32,000 nt of DNA from Methanothermobacter thermautotrophicus str. Delta H (lineage in GTDB: Archaea > Methanobacteriota > Methanobacteria > Methanobacteriales > Methanothermobacteraceae). The stretch is taken from contig NC_000916.1 of assembly GCF_000008645.1 (NCBI RefSeq), positions 270,001-302,000 of the forward strand, in the 5' to 3' direction. The notes beneath the pieces are model-generated. The model did no database searches, was not told the origin of the DNA, and saw only the letters and a program-made list of their open reading frames with translations. Below are positions 1 through 9,362 of the stretch, piece by piece (positions within the stretch are counted from its first letter, which is position 1; each line of letters begins with the position of its first letter). The position numbers and the translations under genes are program-made.

Positions 1-1
1 A

Positions 2-856
2 ACCTTTGCAGCCACAGCAAATGCAGTCATATACTGTAATGCAAAACCTGTACTTGTAGATTCACATCCTGATTACTGGTGCATTGATCCATCAAGGATT
101 GAGGAAAAAATAAATAAGAACACACGTGCGATAATACCTGTCCATCTTTATGGTCATCCATGTGATATGGGCTGGATTGGGGATATTGCCGATGAACATG
201 GATTGATTATTATAGAGGATGCTGCGGAGGCCCACGGAGCAGAATACAGAGGGAAAAAGATCGGCACCTTCGGGGACGTGTCTTGTTTTTCATTTTATGG
301 TAACAAAATAATAACCACTGGTGAAGGTGGAATGTGTCTTACTAATGATGAGGAGCTTGCTGAGAGAATGGCAGTGTTAAGGGATCATGGTATGAGACCG
401 GAAAAGAGATACTGGCACGAGGAGGTTGGATTCAATTATAGGATGACTAATTTACAGGCTGCGGTGGGTGTTGCTCAATTAGAAAAAATTGATGGTTTTA
501 TTAATAGAAAACGGGAAATAGCTGAGATATACAATAGAGGTCTTGCTGAATTACATGAAAATGAAGAATTAATGTTGCACCCAGAGATGTTATGGGCCAG
601 ATCTGTATACTGGGTTTATTCGATTGTCCTTAAAAAAAGGAAGAACATGGATTTAATAAGGTACCTTAATTCTTGTGGGGTGGATACAAGACCATTTTTT
701 TATCCTCTTAATTTAATGCCTCCCTATAAAGATGATTCCAGCTATCCTGTGGCAGAAAACCTCTCTTATGGTGGTCTGAGTCTTCCATCAAGTGTTGAAA
801 TTGGAGATGAAGCCATAGAATACGTTGTTGATAGAGTAAGGGAGTTTTTTGAATGA
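2..856 (+). CDS. DegT/DnrJ/EryC1/StrS-family PLP-dependent sugar aminotransferase (5' end off-window)
   Basis: The frame is open from base 2 (TFAATANAVIYCNAKPVLVDSHPDYW...), upstream of the first Met at 167. SCFSFYGNKIITTGEGGM matches the family's PLP-lysine region. The stop TGA at 854-856 overlaps the next ATG (ATGA). Confidence 0.85.
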   Translation, partial: TFAATANAVIYCNAKPVLVDSHPDYWCIDPSRIEEKINKNTRAIIPVHLYGHPCDMGWIGDIADEHGLIIIEDAAEAHGAEYRGKKIGTFGDVSCFSFYGNKIITTGEGGMCLTNDEELAERMAVLRDHGMRPEKRYWHEEVGFNYRMTNLQAAVGVAQLEKIDGFINRKREIAEIYNRGLAELHENEELMLHPEMLWARSVYWVYSIVLKKRKNMDLIRYLNSCGVDTRPFFYPLNLMPPYKDDSSYPVAENLSYGGLSLPSSVEIGDEAIEYVVDRVREFFE

Positions 857-1974
857 AAATAGCGTTTTTTCATCATACCATGGTCAGAGGTAGTGGAATA
901 GATACTGTGATATGGGAACTTGCAAAAAGACTGAAAAAAGATCATGATGTGAGTATCTTCACATTTTTCAATGAATATGACAACCCCATTGTTAACACTA
1001 TCTCTATTCCATTCCATGAAAACCGTCTTGTTAATGCAGTTTTTGCACCAATCATACCTAGTTCTTATAGCTTCAGAAAAAAGGTTAAGGATTTTGATGT
1101 TGTAAACGTTCACCATTTCCCTGCCAACTTTTTTCCATTCTTTCCTACCAATATGGATACTCTCAATATCGTGACAGAATGGAGCGGTCCTCCTATGTGT
1201 TTACTTGAAAACATGAATTTCAATGAAAGATTATACATGAAATTAGCCCGCTTCATGAATAAATATGCTGCAAATCGTGCCGATGGGTTGTTAGCGCCAT
1301 GTAGTTTTGTTAAACAATGGATAATGGATAACTATGGTCTTAATTCCCATAAGATGTATCTGGATGGAATAAACTTTGATTATTTTGATTACAGAAATGA
1401 GTATAATAAACCTGATTTTGGAGGTCCTACCATACTTTACGTGGGGCGTATTGCACCAAACAAAAATATTGATCTTTTAATAGAATCCTTTGAAATCGTG
1501 AAAAAGGAATTTGATGATTCTAAACTTGTTATCGTGGGTCGCAAAACATTCCCTGCTTATTATCGGAAGCTTAAAAAAGTTATAAAAAACAAAAATCTCC
1601 AGGAGGATGTTATATTCACAGGAGAAGTTCCCTGGGGAGAATTACCAGATTATTATGCATCATGTGACGTTTATGCTACATGTTCATCGTGGGAGGGATT
1701 CCTCAGGGCCGAGGCTTTTGCAATGAAGAAACCCATGGTAGCATTTGATACGGGTGCAAATAGAGATACCATAAAGGACGGTATAAATGGATTTCTGGTT
1801 GAAAATGGAGATTATGTATCATTTGCAGAAGCTATAATAAAATTAATCGAGGATCCTACTTTAAATAAGCATATGGGTAATGAAGGATATAGATGGGCAC
1901 GTAAACATCTAGATTTTGATGTAATCTGCCAAAATTTCTCTAAATATCTTGAGGAGGAGATTTCTTGCAGATAA
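853..1974 (+). CDS. Glycosyltransferase family 4 (GT-B fold)
   Basis: 373 aa. The C-terminal donor-domain motif is EGFLRAEAFAMKKPMVAFDTGANRDTIKDGINGFLVE. An ATGA overlap couples it to the upstream gene. Confidence 0.85.
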   Translation: MKIAFFHHTMVRGSGIDTVIWELAKRLKKDHDVSIFTFFNEYDNPIVNTISIPFHENRLVNAVFAPIIPSSYSFRKKVKDFDVVNVHHFPANFFPFFPTNMDTLNIVTEWSGPPMCLLENMNFNERLYMKLARFMNKYAANRADGLLAPCSFVKQWIMDNYGLNSHKMYLDGINFDYFDYRNEYNKPDFGGPTILYVGRIAPNKNIDLLIESFEIVKKEFDDSKLVIVGRKTFPAYYRKLKKVIKNKNLQEDVIFTGEVPWGELPDYYASCDVYATCSSWEGFLRAEAFAMKKPMVAFDTGANRDTIKDGINGFLVENGDYVSFAEAIIKLIEDPTLNKHMGNEGYRWARKHLDFDVICQNFSKYLEEEISCR

Positions 1975-1976
1975 GG

Positions 1977-2486
1977 ATGGTTAAAATGTCTGATGTATGG
2001 TCTCTTACTAACTTTTACATGTCTCTAAAAGAAAACGAAAGAATCTTATTCCACCCATTCCCTTTTAGATACCCTCTAGTTTTTTTGATAATATTATACT
2101 TTGCTTTTTCAAATTTTTTGTATGAATACCTCGATTTAATAAATAATAAGCTTTCTGTAATATCATTGGTAGCGGAGCATGAGGGATCGATTCAGGGGTT
2201 TGTGTTTATATCAAATATTAAAGAACGGAAGGTTGCTAAAAATTTTGGTATAGTTGTGGGGAGACGTTGGCGAGGTCGGGGAATTGGAAGGAACCTTGCT
2301 GATGCTATGATTGATATCTGTAAAAAAGAAGGAATTAATGAGATACATTTAACTGTGATGGCCAAAAACAAATCTGCAATCTCATTATATAAAAAATTAG
2401 GATTTGAGGTTACCGAATATCATGAAAAAAGAGAAAGATGGGGAGGTAAATTCTATCCTGATTATAGTATGGTTTTCTGGGGCTGA
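1977..2486 (+). CDS. GNAT-family N-acetyltransferase
   Basis: The acetyl-CoA motif is VVGRRWRGRGIGRNLADAMI...SAISLYKKLGFE. I prefer ATG 1977 to the in-frame TTG 1965 used by the ORF track; the start is uncertain. Confidence 0.75.
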   Translation: MVKMSDVWSLTNFYMSLKENERILFHPFPFRYPLVFLIILYFAFSNFLYEYLDLINNKLSVISLVAEHEGSIQGFVFISNIKERKVAKNFGIVVGRRWRGRGIGRNLADAMIDICKKEGINEIHLTVMAKNKSAISLYKKLGFEVTEYHEKRERWGGKFYPDYSMVFWG

Positions 2487-2490
2487 TCCT

Positions 2491-3396
2491 ATGGTAAATT
2501 CCGATTTAGACATCTATGCTGATGAAGCGTTTTTTGATAAGAAATGGATTTATATAGGAGCCTTGTTTGTTCCTCTCCATAAAAAGGCAGAACTCTTAAA
2601 TGAACTTTTAAATTGCAGGTGTATAAAAAGAAATTCGTGGAATGAAAATTCGTGTTTAGATCCCTGTGGATTTCATGAAAAAAATAACACAGAAATACAT
2701 TATAAAGACGTGAGAGCTAACAACAAATTCACAATAGCTCAAAATTGGCTCAAATTTTTACTTGAAACCAATAATAAAAAGGATAGGGGTCTTGTGTATT
2801 TTAACATATTAGGATTGGATCTCTCTAAAATTGATTATAACTTATTTGATGCTAAAAACAGAAAGATGAGTATTTATAATAGATTTTTCAGGACAGTTTT
2901 GCTGGGGGGTATAAAATATTTTTTTGGAGAGGATACCGTCATAGATCATATTTTCCATGATAAGGGACAACAGCAGTATTACGACCTATTTTCATGGCAA
3001 CCCGCAGAAAGAATAACAAGGGAAAACAGGATAAGAATTAATAACAAAACAATAATTTTTATAGATTCAGATCATCGCAGGGAAAGCTCCTATAAGAAGG
3101 AGTCTCATTTCATCCAATTCTTAGATATTATCATGGGAAGTATATGCCGCTGTTTTCACCCACCCGAGAATAAAAATAAATTGCAACTTGGAGAAACCAT
3201 AAAGCCCCTACTTGAGAGGCTCACTGATAACCCAAAGAATAGGAATAGCAGTTATCACTATTACAGAAAACAACAGATTCAGTTTTTCCCAAAAAATAAG
3301 TTAAAGGATGAGGCAGTAGAAACAAGACTATTTAATGAAGCTCTGTTTCCTGAAAGGAGCAATAATTTTTATACTGAGAGAAGGATCATTATATAA
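2491..3396 (+). CDS. Hypothetical protein, DUF3800-like
   Basis: N-terminal LDIYADEAFFDKKWIYIGALFVP and C-terminal FIDSDHR...HFIQFLDIIMGSI resemble the DUF3800 signature (IYiDEsG ... DS...lQlaDl), recalled from memory. ATG 2491 lies 4 nt after the GNAT stop. The track start at 2404 would overlap GNAT by 83 nt. Confidence 0.5.
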   Translation: MVNSDLDIYADEAFFDKKWIYIGALFVPLHKKAELLNELLNCRCIKRNSWNENSCLDPCGFHEKNNTEIHYKDVRANNKFTIAQNWLKFLLETNNKKDRGLVYFNILGLDLSKIDYNLFDAKNRKMSIYNRFFRTVLLGGIKYFFGEDTVIDHIFHDKGQQQYYDLFSWQPAERITRENRIRINNKTIIFIDSDHRRESSYKKESHFIQFLDIIMGSICRCFHPPENKNKLQLGETIKPLLERLTDNPKNRNSSYHYYRKQQIQFFPKNKLKDEAVETRLFNEALFPERSNNFYTERRIII

Positions 3397-3433
3397 CTCT
3401 TGATCAATCAAAACTTGATTTCTGGGTGAATCC

Positions 3434-4639
3434 ATGAAAATATGTCTTTTTAGCAGTCTTTACCCCCCACTCGCATTTTGAGGGGCTACAGGAGTTGCTC
3501 AGATTGAGGCCGAGCACCTAGTAAAAAGAGGACATGAGGTTTTCGTAATAACTACAAGTCCAAATGAACACTATCGTGAGGAATATATGAATGGGGTTAA
3601 AATTTACAGATTACCTCCCAATAATTTATATGCCTTTTACGACAACTTCAAAAACCAGAATAATCATAAAATCCCTTCAAAAGTTATGTGGCACATCATA
3701 GACACATTCAATTTAAGATTAAAAAATAAAATTAGGACAATTCTCCTTGATGAAAAACCGGACTTAGTCCATGTTCATAACTTCGGAGGTCTCTCCACCC
3801 TCCTTTTTAATGAAATAAAGAATAATGGGTTGCCTGTCGTTTTCACAGCACATGATTACAGTGTTATATGTCCAAAGGCTAACTTGCTTCGATCTGATAA
3901 CAGCATATGTGAAGAAGGGTCATTAATATGTTTGGGTTACGCTAAAATTAAGAAATTCTTATTGGGTGGCGCTGTTGATGTCGTAATTTCACCTTCCCAG
4001 TTTTTAATCAACAAATTAAGAGAAAATAACATTTTCAATGAAACGGAGATGATTAAATTACCTAACCCGATAGAGTTAGGCGAAACATCACCCTCTTCTA
4101 AACCTTATCATAAGAAACTGATGCTTCTCTATGTGGGAGAATTGAGTAAACACAAAGGTCTTCATATTCTTATTGAAGCCCTTAAAAGGATTGATGATGA
4201 GAACATATGTGTGGATATATATGGAAGAGGGGTCCACGAGGATTACTTTAAAAGTATATCAAAGGATCTGAATGTTTTTTTTAGAGGATATGCAAACGGA
4301 TTTGAGGAATTGAAAAAGGCATATCAAAATGCCAATGTCACTGTGGTGCCTTCAATATGCTATGAGGTCTTTGGCATGATTATATTGGAAAGTTTCATGA
4401 ATTCAACGCCAGTAATTGCAAGCAGGATAGGTGGTATCCCTGAAGTTGTGAGGGACGGATATAACGGTTTCCTCTTTAAACCGGGAAGTGTTAATGGACT
4501 CAGGAGGATTCTTGAAAGAATTTCAGAGCACCCATCCATACTTAAAGAACTTGAAAGGAATGCATATAAATCTTCGCAGGGGTACAGCATCGAGGATCAC
4601 GTGAAGAAACTTGAGGAGATCTACAGGGGATTGTTATGA
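3434..4639 (+). pseudogene. Glycosyltransferase family 4 interrupted by an in-frame TGA at codon 16
   Basis: ATG 3434 gives MKICLFSSLYPPLAF, then TGA (3479-3481), then in the same frame GATGVAQIEAEHLVKRGHEVFVITT... running into the 3587..4639 ORF. The stop sits where GT4 proteins carry the first Gly of YPPxxGG (GGA to TGA). The C-terminal motif is EVFGMIILESFMNSTPVIASRIGGIPEVVRDGYNGFLF. Confidence 0.7.
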
Positions 4640-6720
4640 GAAAGGACATACTCTACATGCTACTTTTACTTTTGATCACGGACCTATCAATCATTGCAGA
4701 TATTCCTGTTTTAAGGCAGTCATTACCCTTCATATTCTTTACAATTATTCCAGGATATCTTCTGCTTGGTATTCTGAAGTTCAAGGTTGAACTGATCGAT
4801 GGCTCCGTTATTGCAGCAGCTCTCAGCATATTCCTCATGATGATGACTGGACTCATCATAAACAGTTTTTATCCTCTAATAATGAGGCCACTTTCACTCC
4901 TACCCATACTTTCAGCCATTAATCTGCTCATCATTGCATTGATGGTGATTTATCATTTGAGGGGTGAAGAACCGTTAAACCTTAAAGCTTCAGGTAACCT
5001 CTCCACGGCACTTTCATCCCTCCTTTTTCCTGTTTTAACGGTTATTGGATCATACCTTATGAATAAATACTCTGTTAACACAGTTCTATTACTTGTTTTG
5101 CTGTTTATACCAGTTTACATAATCCTTTTAGAAGTTTTCAAGAAAAAGATCGGACCAGCAACATATCCAGTAGCTATATTCAGCATCTCCCTATCCCTTC
5201 TTATCATGAATGGTCTGCCATCAAATTATCTCATTGGTAGGGACATACACTGGGAGTTCTATTTATTCAGAAAGGCTCTTATGGCTCATCACTGGGACAT
5301 GCACGTTGGATCCTATAATGCATACAATGCCTGTCTCTCTGTCACCGTTCTACCGGTAATCTACAAGGTGCTCCTTAACGTCCCAGAGGTTTACATCTTC
5401 AAGTTCTATTATGGATTTATAGGCGCCCTCATGCCACTCCCGGTTTACCTGATATCAGAGAGGATACTCAAAAGGAGTGATTATGGATTCTATGCCACTC
5501 TTCTTTTCATTTTCCAGTTCTCGTTCATTTACATACTTGGGTGGTGCAGACAGCTTGTAGCCCTCCTTTTCTTCGCTGCAGCCGTCATGGTCCTTACGGG
5601 GGATATGAGGCGATCCCATAAGAAACTCCTGTTCGTGGTTTTCATGGTGGGGACTGTTCTATCACACTACACGACGGCCTATGTCTTCTTTTTCCTCGTG
5701 GCACTCATACCCATCCTGGTCAGGGTCATGAAAAGACTTAAGGTCCCGGATGATTCCAGGGGCTTCTTCGCAGCATCCCTTGCAGTTCTGTTCTTTGTGG
5801 TTGTATTCGCATGGTATGCCCAGGCCACAGGAGCCCCATTTAAATCAGCAGTCTCATTCTTCACAAAGACCTTGAGGAGCATGTCTGAATTCTTCAGCGC
5901 TGATATGAGGAACAACTCTGAACTTGCGGTTGTGGGGATAGGCATCTCAAATTTCCCAAACCTTCTGAGCACCCTTGTCCATGATACAGTCTTTGCACTG
6001 ATCGGTGCCGGTGCGCTTGCAGTTATTTTTAAGGAGGAGTACCGTCAGGGGAGGGAATACCTTGCAGCTGTCATTCTCTGTATGGGAATTCTTGTAGCAT
6101 TCATTGCCCTTCCCTTTGTCTCAAAGGGTTATGGGGGGCCCCGGCTCTTCACACAGTTACTTGTGATACTGGCTCCCCTGTTTATTACTGGTATTGATGC
6201 GTTGACTGGTTTCATAGGAAGGGTGAGGTGGAGGATCCCATCAATCATTGTACTCCTTATCCTGCTCTTCTCATGCACAACCTATCTTAACTATCATTTC
6301 GCAGGGATACCCTACTCCTATGCCTATGATGATGGTGGTGAGAGACGCTATGAGACATTCATCTATGATAATGAAGTTACCGGTGCTCTATGGCTTAGCA
6401 ACCATTACAATGAAACTTCAGTGATACACGGCGACAAAATGATATACTCAAGGATAATATACGGTTTCAGTACTTATCCTAGGGTAGATAGGGAATTCTT
6501 CAATGGGACAGATACAGAAACTGGCGGTTACGTATATCTGACACACTTCAATTTATATCAACGTCTCGTATTTCTGGATTATCCCTTAGCACCTCCCCGC
6601 GTTGTTAATGGGGCTCTTAAGTTGGATAATGTTGAATCGATTAATAATTACAAGGATCTGATTGTTAATATGAGCACAATTTATGATAACGGAGGATCAA
6701 GGGTTTTAATAGTCGCATGA
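4636..6720 (+). CDS. Polytopic membrane protein with C-terminal soluble domain (GT-C-like/DUF2206-like; candidate glycan polymerase or membrane glycosyltransferase)
   Basis: 694 aa. Hydrophobic segments run through about aa 1-560, followed by a soluble tail of about 130 aa. An ATGA overlap links it to the upstream GT4. No WWDYG AglB motif is present. The family assignment is from memory of the architecture only. Confidence 0.45.
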   Translation: MRKDILYMLLLLLITDLSIIADIPVLRQSLPFIFFTIIPGYLLLGILKFKVELIDGSVIAAALSIFLMMMTGLIINSFYPLIMRPLSLLPILSAINLLIIALMVIYHLRGEEPLNLKASGNLSTALSSLLFPVLTVIGSYLMNKYSVNTVLLLVLLFIPVYIILLEVFKKKIGPATYPVAIFSISLSLLIMNGLPSNYLIGRDIHWEFYLFRKALMAHHWDMHVGSYNAYNACLSVTVLPVIYKVLLNVPEVYIFKFYYGFIGALMPLPVYLISERILKRSDYGFYATLLFIFQFSFIYILGWCRQLVALLFFAAAVMVLTGDMRRSHKKLLFVVFMVGTVLSHYTTAYVFFFLVALIPILVRVMKRLKVPDDSRGFFAASLAVLFFVVVFAWYAQATGAPFKSAVSFFTKTLRSMSEFFSADMRNNSELAVVGIGISNFPNLLSTLVHDTVFALIGAGALAVIFKEEYRQGREYLAAVILCMGILVAFIALPFVSKGYGGPRLFTQLLVILAPLFITGIDALTGFIGRVRWRIPSIIVLLILLFSCTTYLNYHFAGIPYSYAYDDGGERRYETFIYDNEVTGALWLSNHYNETSVIHGDKMIYSRIIYGFSTYPRVDREFFNGTDTETGGYVYLTHFNLYQRLVFLDYPLAPPRVVNGALKLDNVESINNYKDLIVNMSTIYDNGGSRVLIVA

Positions 6721-6956
6721 TTTTTTGTATCTGGTAAAATCGGGCTTTGTAAAAATATAAGTGATTTTCTTTTGTTTTATTTTTGGCTTGGCTAAGGTTA
6801 GGGAGCAGTAGAATTCTTTAGGAACAAATACTGAGGATTCCTCATGTGAACTTCCATTCTACATTTAGATTAGGATTCGAAAGGAGATTATATAAACTTC
6901 AAAAAGTAATGTATCGATGATACAATCGTTTATGGGATCTTAAGGAGGAGGCGAAT

Positions 6957-8159
6957 TTGGTGAAATTCTTGGTTTTGGGTGTCAATAAAGATAACAAAGG
7001 CAATGAAGCCCTTGTGAAGTCAACCGTTGCAACAATAAAGTCCTTGATTGAAAATTGCAATTTTGTGTTTGTGGGTGTTAGAAATGAAAAGATTAAAGTT
7101 GATAATTCCTATTATTCTGTTTTAGAAAACCCCACTTATGAAATGAGTTTAAAGAAACCTTTAATGGTTTTGGGATCATTATTCCTACTTCTAAAAATTT
7201 TTCTATTTAAAAGGTTAAAAATGGAGATGAAATTTGAAAATAATATTATTTTAAAAAATATTCAGGAAGCCGATGTTTTAATTAACACTGGCGGCGACCA
7301 TCTCTCGGGGGAATATGGAAGGTCGATTATAATAACACTTGTTAATCTTCTGTACGCCATTCTCTTAGATAAACCTGTTGTATTGTACTCTGAGAGTTTG
7401 GGCTATCCTAAAAATAGATGTCTTGGATTCCTGCTAAATTATGTTCTCGAAAGGTCTTCTTTAATATTAGTAAGAGAACCCAAATCCTATGAATATCTTC
7501 AGAATAGTTTAAAATCAAAAAATTATTACCTAACAGCCGATTCGGCATTTTTATTGAATCCTTCTTCAAGGAACCAAAAAAACGAAAATGATAACCATGT
7601 CATAGGTTTTAATGTGAGCCCCTTAATAACAAATTTTGCTAAATCTCTTGATATTCTTAAACTATCCATAGATACAATCGATTTCCTCCTTAAAAACAAG
7701 AATGTGAATGTTTTACTGGTTCCCCATGTATACGGTGAGGACTCTGACCTTAAGATCCTCTCTAAAATTTATGAACATTTTGATTCAGAGAGGCTTTTAC
7801 TTATAGATAAAGAATATGATGCCGAGGAACTTAAATCAATTATAGGTCAGTGTGATCTCTTCATAGGCGCCAGGATGCATGCAACCATTGCAGCAACCTC
7901 AATGTTCGTACCCACCGTTGGGATAGCATACAGCCACAAGATGCATGGTATCATAGGCGAGATGCTAGGCCTGGAAGATTATATTATAGATATCGAGGAT
8001 CTCAACTCTGAAATCTTAATAGAGAAGACATTAAAGGCATGGGAGAACCGGGAGGAAATACAGGACCACCTCAGAAAGGTCATCCCTGAGGTTAAAATGA
8101 AAGCATGGAAGAATGGAGAGCTTGTTAAGGAACTATGCGACTCACTTGGAATCTCCTAA
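6957..8159 (+). CDS. Polysaccharide pyruvyl transferase (CsaB/WcaK-like)
   Basis: 400 aa. The motif CDLFIGARMHATIAATSMFVPTVGIAYSHKMHGI is typical of the family. AGGAGGAG lies upstream of the TTG/GTG start at 6957/6960. Confidence 0.75.
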   Translation: MVKFLVLGVNKDNKGNEALVKSTVATIKSLIENCNFVFVGVRNEKIKVDNSYYSVLENPTYEMSLKKPLMVLGSLFLLLKIFLFKRLKMEMKFENNIILKNIQEADVLINTGGDHLSGEYGRSIIITLVNLLYAILLDKPVVLYSESLGYPKNRCLGFLLNYVLERSSLILVREPKSYEYLQNSLKSKNYYLTADSAFLLNPSSRNQKNENDNHVIGFNVSPLITNFAKSLDILKLSIDTIDFLLKNKNVNVLLVPHVYGEDSDLKILSKIYEHFDSERLLLIDKEYDAEELKSIIGQCDLFIGARMHATIAATSMFVPTVGIAYSHKMHGIIGEMLGLEDYIIDIEDLNSEILIEKTLKAWENREEIQDHLRKVIPEVKMKAWKNGELVKELCDSLGIS

Positions 8160-9362
8160 AAAATCCATTCTTGCCTTTAGAGCTACAATCATAGAATAGA
8201 AAAAGATATACCTCCTTTTAATGGTCCATGGGATCTTCAACCGTGATGGTTCAAATGATAGGATGATTCTGTCAATGAAATCTATCTCAGGAAAACTCCC
8301 ATTATACATGGACCTTCTGCACAACTTTTTCTTCATGTAAATATTATATATCTGTGAGAGGAGTGCCTTTTCAGGTTTAATCTTATCCATCTCACATATA
8401 CCACCTTTCAGGATTCCGGCGAACTTCTCAGGCCATTTTCTAATGATTACAAGTGTCCTCCCTTTCTTTTCGTCTTTGAGTTCCTTGAGCCAGGGATCTG
8501 CAAAGGAGATGTCTGAGAGTTCTGCCATATGATCAGCGCATAGCCTGCATCTCTCAGGCATGAATAACTGCCCGAACCCGGATCCCCAGTACTCAGGTAG
8601 TAGTAGTAGGTCACCTGATTCTGTTTCAACCCTCAGACTCCCGGGCCAGCCCTCACCACGGTACCTTATGGACTTAACGTCCCCTGGATCAACACCAAGC
8701 CTTTCAAGGAGAAACTCCGTCGCCCTGAAACTTGGTGCATGATTGCAGACAATCCCCAGATGATAAACTATCCTCTCCCTCAGTTTTCTGCTGATCACCT
8801 CAGCCTTCCGCACCCCATGGATGTGGCAGGGCAGACCCACAACAGCGTACCTCCCCGGCACCTCAAGTATTTCTTTGAGGGCAACGTTGGCGGGTACGGG
8901 ACAGTACTTGGATCCCCTGCTCTCGATGATCTCCGAAGGCGTCCTTGCAATGAAGGGTTCAGGTTCAAGGGGCCTCTCGGGATTCATACGGGTCACAAGG
9001 GCGCCATCGATGAGGCCCTCCTCCAGTAGATAAATCAGGATCTGGCTTATCATACCACCGGAGGACGCACCATACCTGAGTTCATCATCACGGCTGTGGG
9101 CAATGTAGCACTCCTCATAATTACCCATCAGCATATCATCAGGTTCCCTTCCAAAAACCCTCATGTTGAGGTCAGTGAAGTCAACCCCCACTCCGGGGCA
9201 GACCCTCAGGCAGACACCACATCCATCACACTCACCATCAACAAGGGGTTCATAGACACCCCTATCATGATCTATTCTCATCACAACACTCTCAAGGGGG
9301 CACATCGCCGCACAGGTTCCGCAGCCAGTGCAGAGGTCCCCAACGTCGCCGACATTCTTCAT
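8142..9362 (-). CDS. FrhB/FdhB-like (coenzyme F420 hydrogenase beta-subunit family) Fe-S flavoprotein
   Basis: There are two ferredoxin-type motifs, CTGCGTCAAMCP and CDGCGVCLRVCPG. They are followed by RYGASSGGMISQILIYLLEEGLIDGALV, typical of the FrhB N-domain. Its start overlaps the stop of the upstream flippase gene (9359..10792) by 4 bp (9359-9362). Confidence 0.75.
   Translation of the reverse strand: MKNVGDVGDLCTGCGTCAAMCPLESVVMRIDHDRGVYEPLVDGECDGCGVCLRVCPGVGVDFTDLNMRVFGREPDDMLMGNYEECYIAHSRDDELRYGASSGGMISQILIYLLEEGLIDGALVTRMNPERPLEPEPFIARTPSEIIESRGSKYCPVPANVALKEILEVPGRYAVVGLPCHIHGVRKAEVISRKLRERIVYHLGIVCNHAPSFRATEFLLERLGVDPGDVKSIRYRGEGWPGSLRVETESGDLLLLPEYWGSGFGQLFMPERCRLCADHMAELSDISFADPWLKELKDEKKGRTLVIIRKWPEKFAGILKGGICEMDKIKPEKALLSQIYNIYMKKKLCRRSMYNGSFPEIDFIDRIILSFEPSRLKIPWTIKRRYIFFYSMIVALKARMDFLGDSK

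Noticed and set aside
766-1116. A 116-aa minus-strand ORF spanning the DegT/GT4 junction.
   Set aside because: It is antisense to two well-supported, translationally coupled genes and has no recognisable motif.
2404-2490. The N-terminal extension of the DUF3800-like ORF given by the track (start at 2404).
   Set aside because: It would overlap the GNAT gene by 83 nt in another frame. The DUF3800-like similarity begins right after ATG 2491.
3479-3481. The in-frame TGA in the GT4 gene as a possible selenocysteine or recoding site.
   Set aside because: The position aligns with a structural Gly-Gly motif, not a redox site. I see no SECIS-like hairpin context. To my knowledge Methanobacteriales do not use Sec. 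A nonsense mutation or sequencing error is the simpler reading.
1-8400. The low-GC island as a discrete mobile element or integrated element.
   Set aside because: No integrase, transposase, tRNA attachment site or flanking inverted or direct repeats are visible in the window. The left border is off-window and the right border lies inside a gene. It is therefore reported only as a compositional island.
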